A stretch of 64,000 nucleotides of DNA. Origin: Octopus sinensis. Taxonomy: Eukaryota. This document shows, one piece after another, positions 12,204 through 25,084 of the stretch. The position numbers were made by a program, and so were the translations under genes. Position 1 is the stretch's first letter, and every line of letters begins with the position of its first letter. The notes under the pieces were generated by a model. The model did not search any database and was not told the DNA's origin. It was given only the letters and a program-made list of their open reading frames with translations. The stretch lies in contig NC_043003.1 of the NCBI RefSeq assembly GCF_006345805.1, positions 95,728,001-95,792,000 on the forward strand, written 5' to 3'.

Positions 12204-13033
12204 TTCAACATGCACTTTTCCATGCTTGCAAATAGATTTTCTACAGCCAGATGCTCTTCATGTCCACCAGTCCACACTTGCTCTAAGGCAAGGTTATACT
12301 TTACCATAGCTTGACAAGTTTTCTCATGGAAGATTGATAATGAAAGACACTGCTTATGTGATGGTGACACTCACTTACAGTTGTCATGTGGCATCGAGAT
12401 ATGGTGATACAAATATACACATACTAACTCTTACACAGTTCCACTGCACAGAAGTGGGACTGAACCTGAAACCATGTAATTGGGAAACAAACGTCTTAAT
12501 CACACAAACATACCTGTACCTATACTGTACTGCATTAAACACCTACACTATTTAATTATCGCTTTCTGATGGGCCTTTTAGTCTTGACAAAGGTATGTCA
12601 CCTCTTTATTGTTGGTGCTACAAAAAGGGAAAAAATTCCGCTAGTACAGTCTGCAAACCAGTTAGTGTTTAGAAGCACAACTAACCATAGAAACAAAACT
12701 GAAAAATGAAATCCAAACAAGGTGAGTTCTTTCAACCCATTTTGGTGAATATTCCCTCTGAATACATATTGACTCTGACACATCCAGCTTATAGTAGGAC
12801 GGAATGTGAAAGTAAAAAAAATGATGATGATGTGGTTGATAAAATAAATACTAGTCAAGTACTGGTGGGGATTAAATCATCTACTCTGTGTGTGTGTGTA
12901 AGTGTGCGCATGTGCATACGTGTGCGCATGTGCATGCATGTGCACATGTCTGTGTATATCACCAGTAGCTTATATACCCGAAAAAGAAGCATGCTCTAAA
13001 AGTCAGAGCAGTAATGTATTCACAAGAGATTGA

Positions 13034-13194
13034 TTATATGGCTGGTCATAGTGTGAACAATGGTTTTGCTTCCATAATGTACTTAGCCTTACAGACAACT
13101 CATAAGACTTCAATGACTTGTTTGGTAAGCCATCTATAAAGCTAAGCATTTCATGGATGCAAAACCATTGGTCATCCTATGACCAGCCATATAA
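13034..13194. repeat. Diverged fold-back palindrome P4
   Basis: ttatatggctggtcatag...cttagc...cttac versus gtaag...gctaag...ctatgaccagccatataa. Confidence 0.85.
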
Positions 13195-13215
13195 CTAACT
13201 TCCTGTGTATATATA

Positions 13216-13549
13216 AAGGGGTAAAGACCCCCTTCGGTCATGAATGACCATGGGATTGCACCTAGAAAGTTACCCTCCTAGACACAAGTCCGGGCAAGGT
13301 TGTTTATGGAAGACCAGCAGTCGCCCATGCATACCAGCCTCCCCTCTCCACGCCACCAGTGTTATCCAAGGGGAAGACAAAGGTCGATACAGCTTGGCAC
13401 CTGTGACGTCGCAACTCATTTCTACAGCTGAGTGAACTGGAGCAACGTGAAATAAAGTGCCTTGCTCGAGAACACAACACGCAGCCCGGTCCGGGATTCG
13501 AGCTCACAACCTCACGATCGTAAGCTCGACGCTCTAACCACTGAGCCAT
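13216..13549 (-). mobile_element. Full-length tRNA-derived SINE family E
   Basis: A box tggctcagtgg, B box gctcgaatcc, then gtgttctcgagcaaggcactttatttcacg central region; related heads at 25830-26150, 34140-34455 and 41365-41560. Confidence 0.9.
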
Positions 13550-13657
13550 ATATATATAAAATATGAATTAGAGATAAAACCACTACTATTAGGCAATTAA
13601 ATTTGATTTAATACTAAATCTAATTTTTCCCTGTAAGTTTGGAGCCATACTCCCTAA

Positions 13658-13739
<82 letters not shown>

Positions 13740-13763
13740 GTTATTATTATTATATATGTGTGT

Positions 13764-14058
13764 AGAGGCGCAATGGCCCAGTGGTTAGGGCAGTGGACTC
13801 GCGGTCGTAGGATCACAGTTTCGATTCCCAGACCGGGTGTTGTGAGTGTTTATTGAGCGAAAATACCTAAACCTCCATGAGGCTCCAGTAGGGGATGGTG
13901 GCAATACCTGATGTACTCTTTCACCACAACTTTCTCCCACTCTTTCTTCTGTTGGCCTGCTCGCTTAGCCAGCAGGGTGGCATCACTTGATGGCTAAAAC
14001 AATGCAAAGCGTGATGTGTAGTACCATCTGATAGCCTGGCTGGTCATGTGATCACGTG
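13764..14058 (+). mobile_element. tRNA-derived SINE family D (ends gtcacgtgatcacgtgat)
   Basis: A box tggcccagtgg, B box gtttcgattcc; copies at 17766-18050 (+) and 63210-63513 (-). Confidence 0.9.
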
Positions 14059-14063
14059 ATATA

Positions 14064-14461
14064 TCTATATATATATAAAAGTGATGTTGTGTGCTGTCTG
14101 TCTCCTACGATTTAGATTCCTAACTACTCCCACATTTTGCAGTGCAGTTTAACCAAAACCGGGTATCTTATAGTCGTGATTCATATCGAGCCCTTCTGGG
14201 TATTAGTGCGCGTCTATGATGAGTCTACGATTTAAAAAAATTTACCATCAATTTTTCCCATTTTTAATTCATTTTTGGCATATATAAGGGAAGTAACTCT
14301 CTAAAAATGTATTATTAAATCTCAGAACGTAAAAAGCTACAGTAACACCCCCCCCCTTTGTGGTTAGCCATATTGAGATGGCTATTATACTTTACATCTC
14401 TAAAAATGCTTATATAGTTATTTCCCTTACAAACCCAAGCAACGCCGGGCGATACTGCTAG
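14064..14461 (+). mobile_element. Non-autonomous Helitron
   Basis: 5' TC, 3' CTAG, inserted at A|T; subterminal GC hairpin ccc(a/g)agcaacgccggg; second copy at 43267-43665. Confidence 0.85.
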
Positions 14462-14473
14462 TATATATATATA

Positions 14474-14871
14474 TGAAAGATGGAGGTGGAAATAGCACAG
14501 AAGTAAGTCTAAGACATTTCAATTTAAGAGGGAATTTAATAATTTAATAAAAATGATTTTTAAAATTTTATAACGAAAATAGTACTGGTTTTGATGAATC
14601 TCATCTTATCAAATCTCATCTAATAAAAATTTGAAGTAAAAACAGTTTATCTTCTGTTTGGGAGTCTGACATGTTCTTAACTCCCAGACAGAAGATAAAC
14701 TGTTTTTACTTAAAATTTTTATAAATCTTTTACTGATATTTGATAAGATGAGATTCATCGTAACTGGTACTATTTTCTTTATAAAATTTTAAAAAATCAT
14801 TTTTATTAAATCCCTTCTTAAATTGAAATCTCTTAGACATACTTCTGTGCTATTTACACTTTGATCTTTTA
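14474..14871. repeat. Long fold-back palindrome P5
   Basis: aaatagcacagaagt...aagtaaaaacagtttatcttctg..tgggagt versus actccca..cagaagataaactgtttttactt...acttctgtgctattt; loop near 14665-14679. Confidence 0.95.
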
Positions 14872-14917
14872 TACATAAAAATTTGATTTGTATAGACCTC
14901 TAATCTTTTTCGACTAT

Positions 14918-14951
<34 letters not shown>

Positions 14952-15164
14952 TGTTGTATTTAGGAATGGTCATTTTGCCAGTTTAGCCAATAAAAACACA
15001 TGCACTATATATTTGGTGTTAATTTGCTTCAGCTTTATTTATTTTTTACATTAATCTTAATCTTATTTCGGCATCACACTTCTGTGACCTCATCAGTGGT
15101 CCTTTGCTTTCTTCTTTCTTATTTGTGTGTCTCTCCTTACTAACGGTCAGCCATTATTACTATC

Positions 15165-15208
<44 letters not shown>

Positions 15209-15256
15209 CATTATTATTATTATTATTATTACTATTATTATTATTATTATTATTAT

Positions 15257-15473
15257 TAAGATGGCAAGCTGACAGAATTGTTAGCATGTTGGATGAAATA
15301 CTTAGCAGTATTTCGCCCATTGCTATGTTTTGAGTTCAAATTCTGCTGAGGTTGACTTTACCATTCATCCTTTCAGGGTCGATAAAATAAGTACCAGTTG
15401 AACACTGGGGTTGATGTAATTGACTCATCACCTCCCCGAAAATTGGTGCCCTTGTGGAAAAATTTGAAACCAA

Positions 15474-15513
<40 letters not shown>

Positions 15514-15792
15514 GAAGGTAGCGAGCTGGCAGAATCGTTAGCGTGTCAAGCGAAATGTTTAGCAGTATTACGTCTGTCTTTACGTTCGGAGTTCAAATTT
15601 CTAATGAGGTCAACTTTGCCTTTCATCCTTCCTGGGTCGATAAATTAAGTGCCAGTTGCATGCTGGGGGGGGGGGGGTCAATCTAATCAACTGGTCCCCA
15701 CTCCTGCAAAACTTCAGGCCTTGTGCCTATAGCAGAAAGGATCATTATCATCATCATCATCATCATCATCATTATCATTATTATTATTATTA

Positions 15793-15832
<40 letters not shown>

Positions 15833-16100
15833 CATTATTATTATTATTATTATTACTATTATTATTATTATTATTATTATTATTAAGATGACAAGCTGAC
15901 AGAATTGTTAGCATGTTGGATGAAATACTTAGCAGTATTTCGCCCATTGCTATGTTTTGAGTTCAAATTCTGCTGAGGTTGACTTCACCATTCATCCTTT
16001 CAGGGTCGATAAAATAAGTACCAGTTGAACACTGGGGTTGATGTAATTGACTCATCACCTCCCCGAAAATTGGTGCCCTTGTGGAAAAATTTGAAACCAA

Positions 16101-16161
<61 letters not shown>

Positions 16162-16390
16162 GAAGGTAGCGAGCTGGCAGAATCGTTAGCGTGTCAAGCG
16201 AAATGTTTAGCAGTATTACGTCTGTCTTTACGTTCGGAGTTCAAATTTCTAATGAGGTCAACTTTGCCTTTCATCCTTCCTGGGTCGATAAATTAAGTGC
16301 CAGTTGCATGCTGGGGGGGGGGGGGTCAATCTAATCAACTGGTCCCCACTCCTGCAAAACTTCAGGCCTTGTGCCTATAGCAGAAAGGAT
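15257..16390 (+). mobile_element. Four family C SINEs: a two-SINE unit duplicated in tandem and separated by (ATT)n
   Basis: 15257-15742 is nearly identical to 15884-16390. Confidence 0.9.
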
Positions 16391-16410
16391 CATCATCATC
16401 ATCATCATCA

Positions 16411-16449
<39 letters not shown>

Positions 16450-16866
16450 TATTATTATTATTATTATTATTCATTAGCATTGTCTCAGCACCAGAGACAA
16501 GGGATTTTATTTTTGATTTGATTAGATTGTGCCAAATATCTGTTCTGACCAAAATATATCTTTTTTAATTTCTCCTAGAAATTTCTATAACTGAAATTAG
16601 GTTTCATAAGGCAAAACAACAATGAAAGTACTTTTGTGTTAACAGGAGGGGTGAAGAGGTTATTGAATATGAAGAAGATATTTGTTGGTAGAGGGGGAGA
16701 CGATGAGGAACATGTCAACTGTTTCAAGCAATATTTCACAGCAAAACTCATGCAAGTAAGGAGAGACTTTGGTAAAGATATTTCTTGGTGACCTAAATTT
16801 TCTTGTGGTAAAGGCGTTGGTATTTTACAGACTGTGCCTATCTAATTACCAAACTATTGCTATTAG

Positions 16867-16924
<58 letters not shown>

Positions 16925-17526
16925 TCATTCTTGTTCAAGTAATTCAGTTTCTGTGTCAGTGTGTGAGTGTTGTGTGTTGTCACAGCTGGCCAACTCAAAA
17001 GATAAAGTGAGTGGCCAACTGGAAAGATAGGTAGTTCTTATCCGGACAGCACTACACCATTGCTGCAAATGTGTATCCAGTGAGGGGCACCTTACACCAA
17101 ATAGCTCAGTCTGCAGCTGTAAATACCATGTAAGACATCCCAACCATCCTAATAAAATTGACAAGTGTTTTTCATTAGCTTACAGTATTTGGATAAACTC
17201 TTACTCCGATGTGTCATACCTTTTTTTTTTTTTTTTTTGCGACAGTAGAATGTGATTTCAGGGGAATTTGACTACTATTTCTAGAATGTCATATGATTGC
17301 AAAGAAACTCACTTTATGGCTTACACAAAATTGCTTTTATCTCAATGGTACAACATAGATCTTAATTTTGCTTTAAGACAAAAATTATGCTATGGCAAAT
17401 TTTGAAGGGTGGATCCAGATATCTTGAGGTCCTGATATTGTTTTAAACCAGTGATTCTCAACCAGGGTCCTTGCGACCCTTGGAGATCCATACAAGATTT
17501 TGTTGTTAAAATTTATGTACAATACA

Positions 17527-18242
17527 TTTACTCTTTTACTTGTTTCAGTCATTTGACTGTGGCCATGCTGGAGCACCACCTTTAGTCAAGCAAATCGACC
17601 CCAGGACTTATTCTTTGTAAGCCTAGTACTTATTCTATCGGTCTCTTTTGCCGAACTGCTAAGTTACGGGGATGTTAAACACCAGCATTGGTTGTCAAGT
17701 GATGTGGGGGGACAAACACAGATGCACAAACATATACACATACTTACATATATATATATATATATGTGGAGACGCAATGGCCTAGTGGTTAGGGCAGTGG
17801 ACTCACGGTTGTAGGATCGCGGTTTCGATTCCCAGACCGGGTGTTGTGAGTGTTTATTCAGCGAGGCTCCGGCAGGCGGTGGTGATCCCTGCTGTACCCT
17901 TTCACTACTCTTTCTCCCACTCTTTCTTCTGTTGGCCTGCTCGCTTAGCCAGCGGGGTGGCGTCATCTGAAGGCTAAAACAATGCGAACGCATTGTGATC
18001 AGCGATGTGTAACTACATCTGATGGACTGGTCGGTCACGTGATCACGTGATATATATATATACATATATACATATATACAATGGGCTTCTTTCAGTTTCC
18101 ATCTACCAAATCCACTCACAAGGCTTAGGTCGGCCCGAGGCTATAGCAGAAGACACTTGCCCAAGATGCCACACAGTGGGACTGAACCTGGAACCATGTG
18201 GTTGGTAAACAAGCTATTTACCACACAGCCACTCCTGCGCCT
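17527..18242 (-). mobile_element. SINE family A split by a family D SINE (17766-18050) inserted in its (TA)n spacer
   Basis: Family A tail at 17527-17750, family A head at 18080-18242, opposite-strand family D copy between them. Confidence 0.85.
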
Positions 18243-19016
18243 ACAAAGCAATGGTTGCATATTTGCAAGCATGTAATGGTGATTAACAGAGTAATGTTAG
18301 TTCTCAGCTGACATCTCGACACACCTACATGCTTTCTGTAATGATCACTTTCTGTCACAATATTGCTCTCAATTATGAATTCATATAAATAGTAAATGGG
18401 TTACTGGGATTCTAGTTCCTTTGCAAAACCAATTAACTTTATTCAAATTCTGTAACAGCAATATATCTATTTCTCAATTACTTTTATCCACCATGAAGTT
18501 CCTGAATTGACACTCCTTTATCTTTTTCAGTTTTTACTTTCATCTTTCAGTCACTTTTTAACATCATTGCCTCTGTCTATCTCTTCACTTTCCAGTGGTT
18601 CATTTTTTAAATTCAATAATGTATATACATAATGCATTGAAAATTCTATAATGTATAGAAAAAAAATAAGTTGTCTATATAGTCCCTACATAGTTAACAG
18701 TAGTTCATTATATCATTTAAGTGTGCATTGCTGGTTAAAATTTAAATTGTCTACCCTATCTTCTGTAATTTGGATAAAGGTACAGTAATAAAAAAAAGTT
18801 TCTTTGTTACAAAAAAATAATAACACTCACCTAAAAGAGTTTATCTTAAGAGAGCAGGAAAGCAATATGCATAACATGAATGATTTACAGTACTGGTCGA
18901 ATATATTGTATTACTATAGTAATGGAGTATATGCAGAATCACTGAATTGATAGCTTGTACACAATGAGCAGAGCCCTTCAAAATGCTAATCTCACAATAT
19001 ACACCACTATTGCAAC

Positions 19017-19232
19017 AACCCTTTTGCTACCATATTTCTATTGAAATATACAGCCTTTGTTTCAAATCATTTTGAAAATAATTAATGATTTAGTAAAATA
19101 ACTTTGTCCATATCAAGACGGTGTTTAGAACATAAAAATTAGCATGAAATTTTAATGAAAGGTGTTAATGTAGAATACAAAATGGGGAGTTTGTATTATG
19201 GAACCAATGGTAGTTTGGTATCAAAAGGGTAA
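19017..19232 (+). mobile_element. piggyBac-like MITE (TTAACCCTTT...AAAGGGTTAA family)
   Basis: CCCTTT/AAAGGG termini in TTAA-like context; other copies at 39812-40020, 28778-28940 (partial) and 37103-37250 (-, partial). Confidence 0.7.
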
Positions 19233-20744
19233 ATTTAATCCAGGTCTTGTTCAAGTGCAGGAAACAGAAATGATAAAATATACCTTGTCTAAAATATCGT
19301 TAAACAATGATGATGATGATGCTGATATAAAAATAAATGTATATCATGCAATAAACCTATTGATTATATTATATTATATTATGTTATGGTATACTGGAAA
19401 ACCCCCGGCCCATCAGGAATCGCTTGTGTATTAATAATTGGGTATTCTACCAGCAGTATATTGGATAGATATCCCTTAGTGGGTTGGATTCACAACCTCT
19501 AACTTCCTTGGAGTTATATATTCATACATACAATGGTTTTCTTTTCAGTTTTCAAGATTATATAGTAGAAGACACTTGCCCAAGATACCATGCAGTGGGA
19601 CTGAACCCAAAACCATATGGTTGTGAAGCAAATTTCTTTACCACAACATATACTGTATGATATAAAATAATATTGTATAGGATTAAACTTAAGTATTGGG
19701 GGTGTCTCTACATGAATACTCAACCTGCTGCAATAAATCTCTCTCAAGTCACAAATCTACCCTTTCAAAAAGTGTGAAAGACACTTTCAATAATATAATT
19801 CAAATACACTATTTGTGTAATCAAATTAGGATGGTCATGACAAAAAAAGTCTTCTTTGAATTTAGGATCAGGTCTTAATGGATAGAAGACCTCTGACTGT
19901 AGCAACGCAAAAATTGTGAAAATCCTTCCTCCTATGTATCACCAGACTTAGTGGGACTGCCAAATAAATAAATAAATAAATAAATAAATAAATAGATAAA
20001 TAAAATTTTTTAAATTAAAAATGAGGGCAAGCGTAATATCTTTCCTGTTCTGACTAACCTATGAACATTAATAATATAAATATCTTGATACATTTGTCCA
20101 CTTTAAGTGTGTCATGTGTCAACATGTGACATAATTACAAGGAAATTCTGAATATTTGGTCAGAATAATCAGCCTCTATGAAGAATTAGAACAAAATTGT
20201 TATATTATTTTGGTAGCATGTGAACTGATGCTTGGATGTACTACATTTTAATATGAACATTATATGCATATATAAATATCATCATCATCATCATCATTGT
20301 TTTAATGTCCACTTTTCCATGCTTGCACGGGTCAGATGAAGTTTACTGGGGCAGATTCTCCAACAGCCAGATTCCCCTTCCTTGTTGCCAGCCCTCATCT
20401 GTTTCCAAATAAGGTAATATTTTCCTATGGTCAGAAATGTTTTTTGCAGAATATTGGAAAAGATTGACACTGCTTGTGTGACAGTGACACTCATTTACAG
20501 CTGTCATGTGATGTCAAGACAAGGAGACACATACATACACATGCTCACATTCATACAGATACATATGTGTACATATGATGAGTTTCTTTCAGCTTCCATC
20601 TGTGAAATCTATGCACAAGGCTTTGGCTGGCGTGGGGCTATAACAGAATACCCTTGCCCAAGGTGTCACACAATGGGACTGAAGCCAAAGCCATGTGGTT
20701 GAGAAGCAAACTTCATAAGTGGCAAAGGCAAATTCATGCTTGTG

Positions 20745-20783
<39 letters not shown>

Positions 20784-21139
20784 TCATCATCATCATCATT
20801 GTTTAACGTCCATTTTCTGTGCTAGCACAGGTTGGACGGTTCGACCGGGGTCTGGGAAGCCAGGAGGCTGCACCAGGCTCCAGTCTGGCAGTGTTTCTAC
20901 AGCTGGATGCCCTTCCTAACGCCAACCACTCCGTGAGTGTAGTGGGTGCTTTTTACGTGCCAGGCGAGACTGGCAGCGGCCACGATCGGTTGGTGCCTTT
21001 TATGTGCCACCGGCACAGCGTTCCACCGATATATATATATATATATATATATGTGTGTATATATATATATATATATGTATGTATATATATTTACACACAC
21101 ATACGCACGCGCACACACACTCACACACACACACACTGA

Positions 21140-21545
21140 GGCTCAGGCATAACTCTGTGGTAAGAAGCTTGCTTCCCAACCACATGGTTCCGGGTTCAGT
21201 CCCACTACTTGGCACCTTGGGCAAGTGTCTTCTACTATAGCCTCGGGCTGACCAAAGCCTTGTGAGTGGATTTGGTAGACAGAAACCGAAAGAAGTTCGT
21301 TGAATATATATATATGTATATATATGTGTTTGTTTGTGTCTGTGTTTGTCTCCCCACCATTGCTTGACAACCGATGCTGGTTTGTTTACGTCCCCGTAAC
21401 TTAGCACTTCAGCAAAAGAGACCAATAGAATAAGTACTAGGCTTACAAAGAATAAATCCTGGGGTCAATTTGTTCGACTAAAGGCAGTACTCCAGCGTGG
21501 CCGCAGTCAAATGACTGAAACAAGTAAAAGAATAAGAAAAAAAAA
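21140..21545 (+). mobile_element. SINE family A
   Basis: Head, spacer and tail present. Confidence 0.85.
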
Positions 21546-21587
21546 GAATATGTATGTGTGTTTGTATATATATATATATATATATAC

Positions 21588-22115
21588 ACAATTCATAATT
21601 AAGGGCAAACGAAAAAATTTCTAATGCCAGATATGCCGAAAAATTGGACATATTGTCCATTAACCATATAATTTTTTCACAATATGCACGCTACTCGAAA
21701 AAAGGTCGACAGAAATTTCTAAAACATTCCATTATTACCATATCGGACCGATTTCAGGGTTAGCTTATAACAGCCCTCCCTTTGTCAGTGATACATGTGG
21801 CAAAAAGAAATAAATGAGATACTTACTCATACCCAATGGAAGAAGCGAACACTAAGTCATGGGCACAATTAAGTACCCCAAATACATCCAAAACAGAAAT
21901 ACTCTGGCCCATTCGAGACACATGCAATTTGAACTAATGCTCTCACTGAAATCGGTCTGATATGGTAATAATGGAATGTTTTAGAAATTTGTGTCGACCT
22001 TTTTTCGAGTAGCGTGCATATTGTGAAAAAATTATATGGTTAATGGACAATATGTCCAATTTTTCAGCATATCTGGCGTTAGAAATTTTTTCGTTTGCCC
22101 TTAATTATGAATTGT
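21588..22115. mobile_element. Fold-back element/MITE P6 with ~170-bp TIRs and ~190-bp spacer
   Basis: 21588-21757 is the near-perfect reverse complement of 21946-22115; TA-rich flanks. Confidence 0.9.
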
Positions 22116-22216
22116 TTATAGATTTGACCTTTAAAGGTATTTTTTGATATGCTGGCCATTGATAAAATTTTTTTGGGAAAAGAATATTTTTTTCGGAAAA
22201 AATTTTATCCTTCATT

Positions 22217-22265
<49 letters not shown>

Positions 22266-22269
22266 ATAT

Positions 22270-22321
<52 letters not shown>

Positions 22322-22365
22322 TAGATAGATAGATACATACATACATACATACATACATACATACA

Positions 22366-22397
<32 letters not shown>

Positions 22398-23435
22398 CAA
22401 ATATATATGCACATATCAATTTATATCTATAGACCATAGAAAGGAGAATAAGTCGCCCCTTCTGTCTGTAGACTGGGATAGCATCTTGGGAAAGTGCTAG
22501 CAACCCCGTACCCTCCTGTGCCAGAGATACAGTAAAGATGTCAGCAGCAGGGTATTGGATAACCAACAAAGTGGAGGAGTCCTAGACAAACAACTTGAAG
22601 GTTATTGCAGCCAAATGGAAGATTTGTACCATTAGACTACAGCTGGGTGTCAAATAGCAAGTGAGCTGCTACTGCAGACAGTCTCATCTGCCATGCTAAT
22701 TGCACTATTGTGCACCTCTTGGTATTTGGCATAGAGGTCCAGAGAGGTAGCCTGGTGGGGAGACAAAACCAACTGCCTTACTCACCATCCAAAGACATTT
22801 TGTTCAGGGAATTCTGAACAAACAGTCAATGTTGATGCGACTGACAGATGACAATATGCATGTAAGGATATACATGCACATACACAAATATAAATATATA
22901 TACACATGTGTATGAGTGTGTACATTTGTAAATATGCTTGGGGAGGGTAGGATGTGTATATACATATGTGTGTATATACATACATACATACATACATACA
23001 TACATACATACATACATACATACATACATGTATATATGTGTGTATATACATACATACATATATATGTGTGTATATACATACATACATACATATACACATC
23101 AGAAACCTAGAAATATTAGGTTACTTGAAGAAAGAGCAAAAGAAACTTGCATAAGTAATTCAAATCCAATTTATTAGTGGCATAGTGAAAATTTGTATGA
23201 TCCAAGATTTTCCATCTGAGATTCTTTCGGTGAATTGATGAAAACACTTGGATGTGTGCATCAACAGCACAACCAACTCATCAACTCAACTGCATATTTA
23301 TAAAACACCGGGAATTCTCTTAATTCAAAGTCTTGCCACTTTATTAGTGACTGACCTGAAAACACTCTTGCTAAAATGTAGCACTTAAATACACACACAC
23401 ACACATATATATATAACTATATATATATATATACC

Positions 23436-24615
23436 AAATCAAAATAGATGAACATCAATGGAATTTGTATCTTTGTGGTACCAGTACCGTTGGCACACAA
23501 GAAAACCATCCGAACGTGGCCGTAGCCAGTACCGCATCGACTGGCCTCTGTGACGTGGGCACATAACAAACACCATCCGATCGTGGCCGTTCGCCAGCCT
23601 CATCTGGCACCTGTGTCGGTGGCACATAAAAACACCAACCGAAGACCCGGCAAGACTAGTCAGGCCATAACCCGTGGCCCTACTTGGGACGTAGTCAGTC
23701 CCCTGTGCATACCTTCCTTCCTTCCTGTGACACTTATGAAGACCTGTGAAGACCTGTTGAGGCAAGTGAAAATAAAAAATCAAATCAAATCAAATCAAAA
23801 TAGATGAACATCAATGGAATTTGTATCTTTGTGGTACCAGTGCCGGTGGCACACAAGAAAACCATCCGAACGTGGCCGTAGCCAGTACCGCATCGACTGG
23901 CCTCCGTGCTGTGGGCACGTAACAAACACCATCCGATCGTGGCCGTTCGCCAGCCTCATCTGGCACCTGTGTCGGTGGCACATAAAAACACCATCCGAAG
24001 ACCCGGCAAGACTAGTCAGGCCATAACCCGTGGCCCTACTTGGGACGTAGTCAGTCCACCTGTGCATACCTTCCTTCTTGTGACACTTGTGAAGACCTGT
24101 TGAGGCAAGTGAAAATCAAATCAAACCAAATCAAAATAGATGAACATCAATGGAATTTGTATCTTGTGGTACCAGTGCCGGTGGCACACAAGAAAATCAT
24201 CCGAACGTGGCCGTAGCCAGTACCGCATAGACTGGCCTCCGTGCTTTGGGGACGTAACAAACACCATCCGATCGTGGCCGTCCGCCAGCCTCATCTGGCA
24301 CCTGTGTCAGTGGCACATAAAAACACCATCCGAGCGTGGCCGTCTGCCAGCCTCGTCTGGCACCTGTGTCGGTGGCACATAAAAACACCATCCGAGCGTG
24401 GCCGTTCGCCAGCCTCGTCTGGCACCTGTGTCGGTGGCACATAAAATCACCCACTACACTCTCGGAGTGGTTGGCGTTAGGAAGGGCATCCAGCTGTAGA
24501 AACACTGCCAGATCTGACTGGCCTGGTGCAGCCTTCGGGCTCCCCAGACCCCAGTTGAACCGTCCAACCCATGCTAGCATGGAAAACGGACGCTAAATGA
24601 TGATGATGATGATGA
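23436..24615 (+). mobile_element. SINE family B with tandemly amplified 5'/internal ~350-bp unit
   Basis: aaatcaaaatagatgaacatcaatggaatttgt starts at ~23436, ~23793 and ~24129; internal ~50-bp repeats; RTE-like tail with (TGA)n. Confidence 0.85.
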
Positions 24616-24653
<38 letters not shown>

Positions 24654-24742
24654 GTAAAAAGTGAAAAAACTACAGAAGGCTTTCACAAACCAACTTTCTC
24701 ATCTATATATATATATATATATGCACTTATATATACATATAT

Positions 24743-24774
<32 letters not shown>

Positions 24775-25053
24775 GCAAATATACACACACACACACATAT
24801 ATATATACACATATATATATATACATGTATAAACATGCACACACAAAAGATAAATAGATAGATACATATAGATATACATACATACATACATACACATATA
24901 CATACATACTTACACACATACATACATACATACATACATACATACATACATACCTATGTACATACGTATGTATGTATGTATGTATGTATGTATGTATGTA
25001 TGTATGTATGTATGTACGCATGCATACATACATATATATATATATACAAATAT

Positions 25054-25084
<31 letters not shown>

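Noticed and set aside
13490-13870. tRNA-like sequences (A and B boxes) here and at other SINE heads
   Set aside because: They continue into SINE bodies and lack a complete cloverleaf; not tRNA genes.
12673-16755. + strand pseudo-exon candidates 12673-12721 (AQLTIETKLKNEIQT) and 16643-16755 (GVKRLLNMKK..AKLMQ)
   Set aside because: Good donors, but a weak acceptor or ambiguous frame, incompatible phases and no homology. The same applies to 37934-37956 and 43736-43792.
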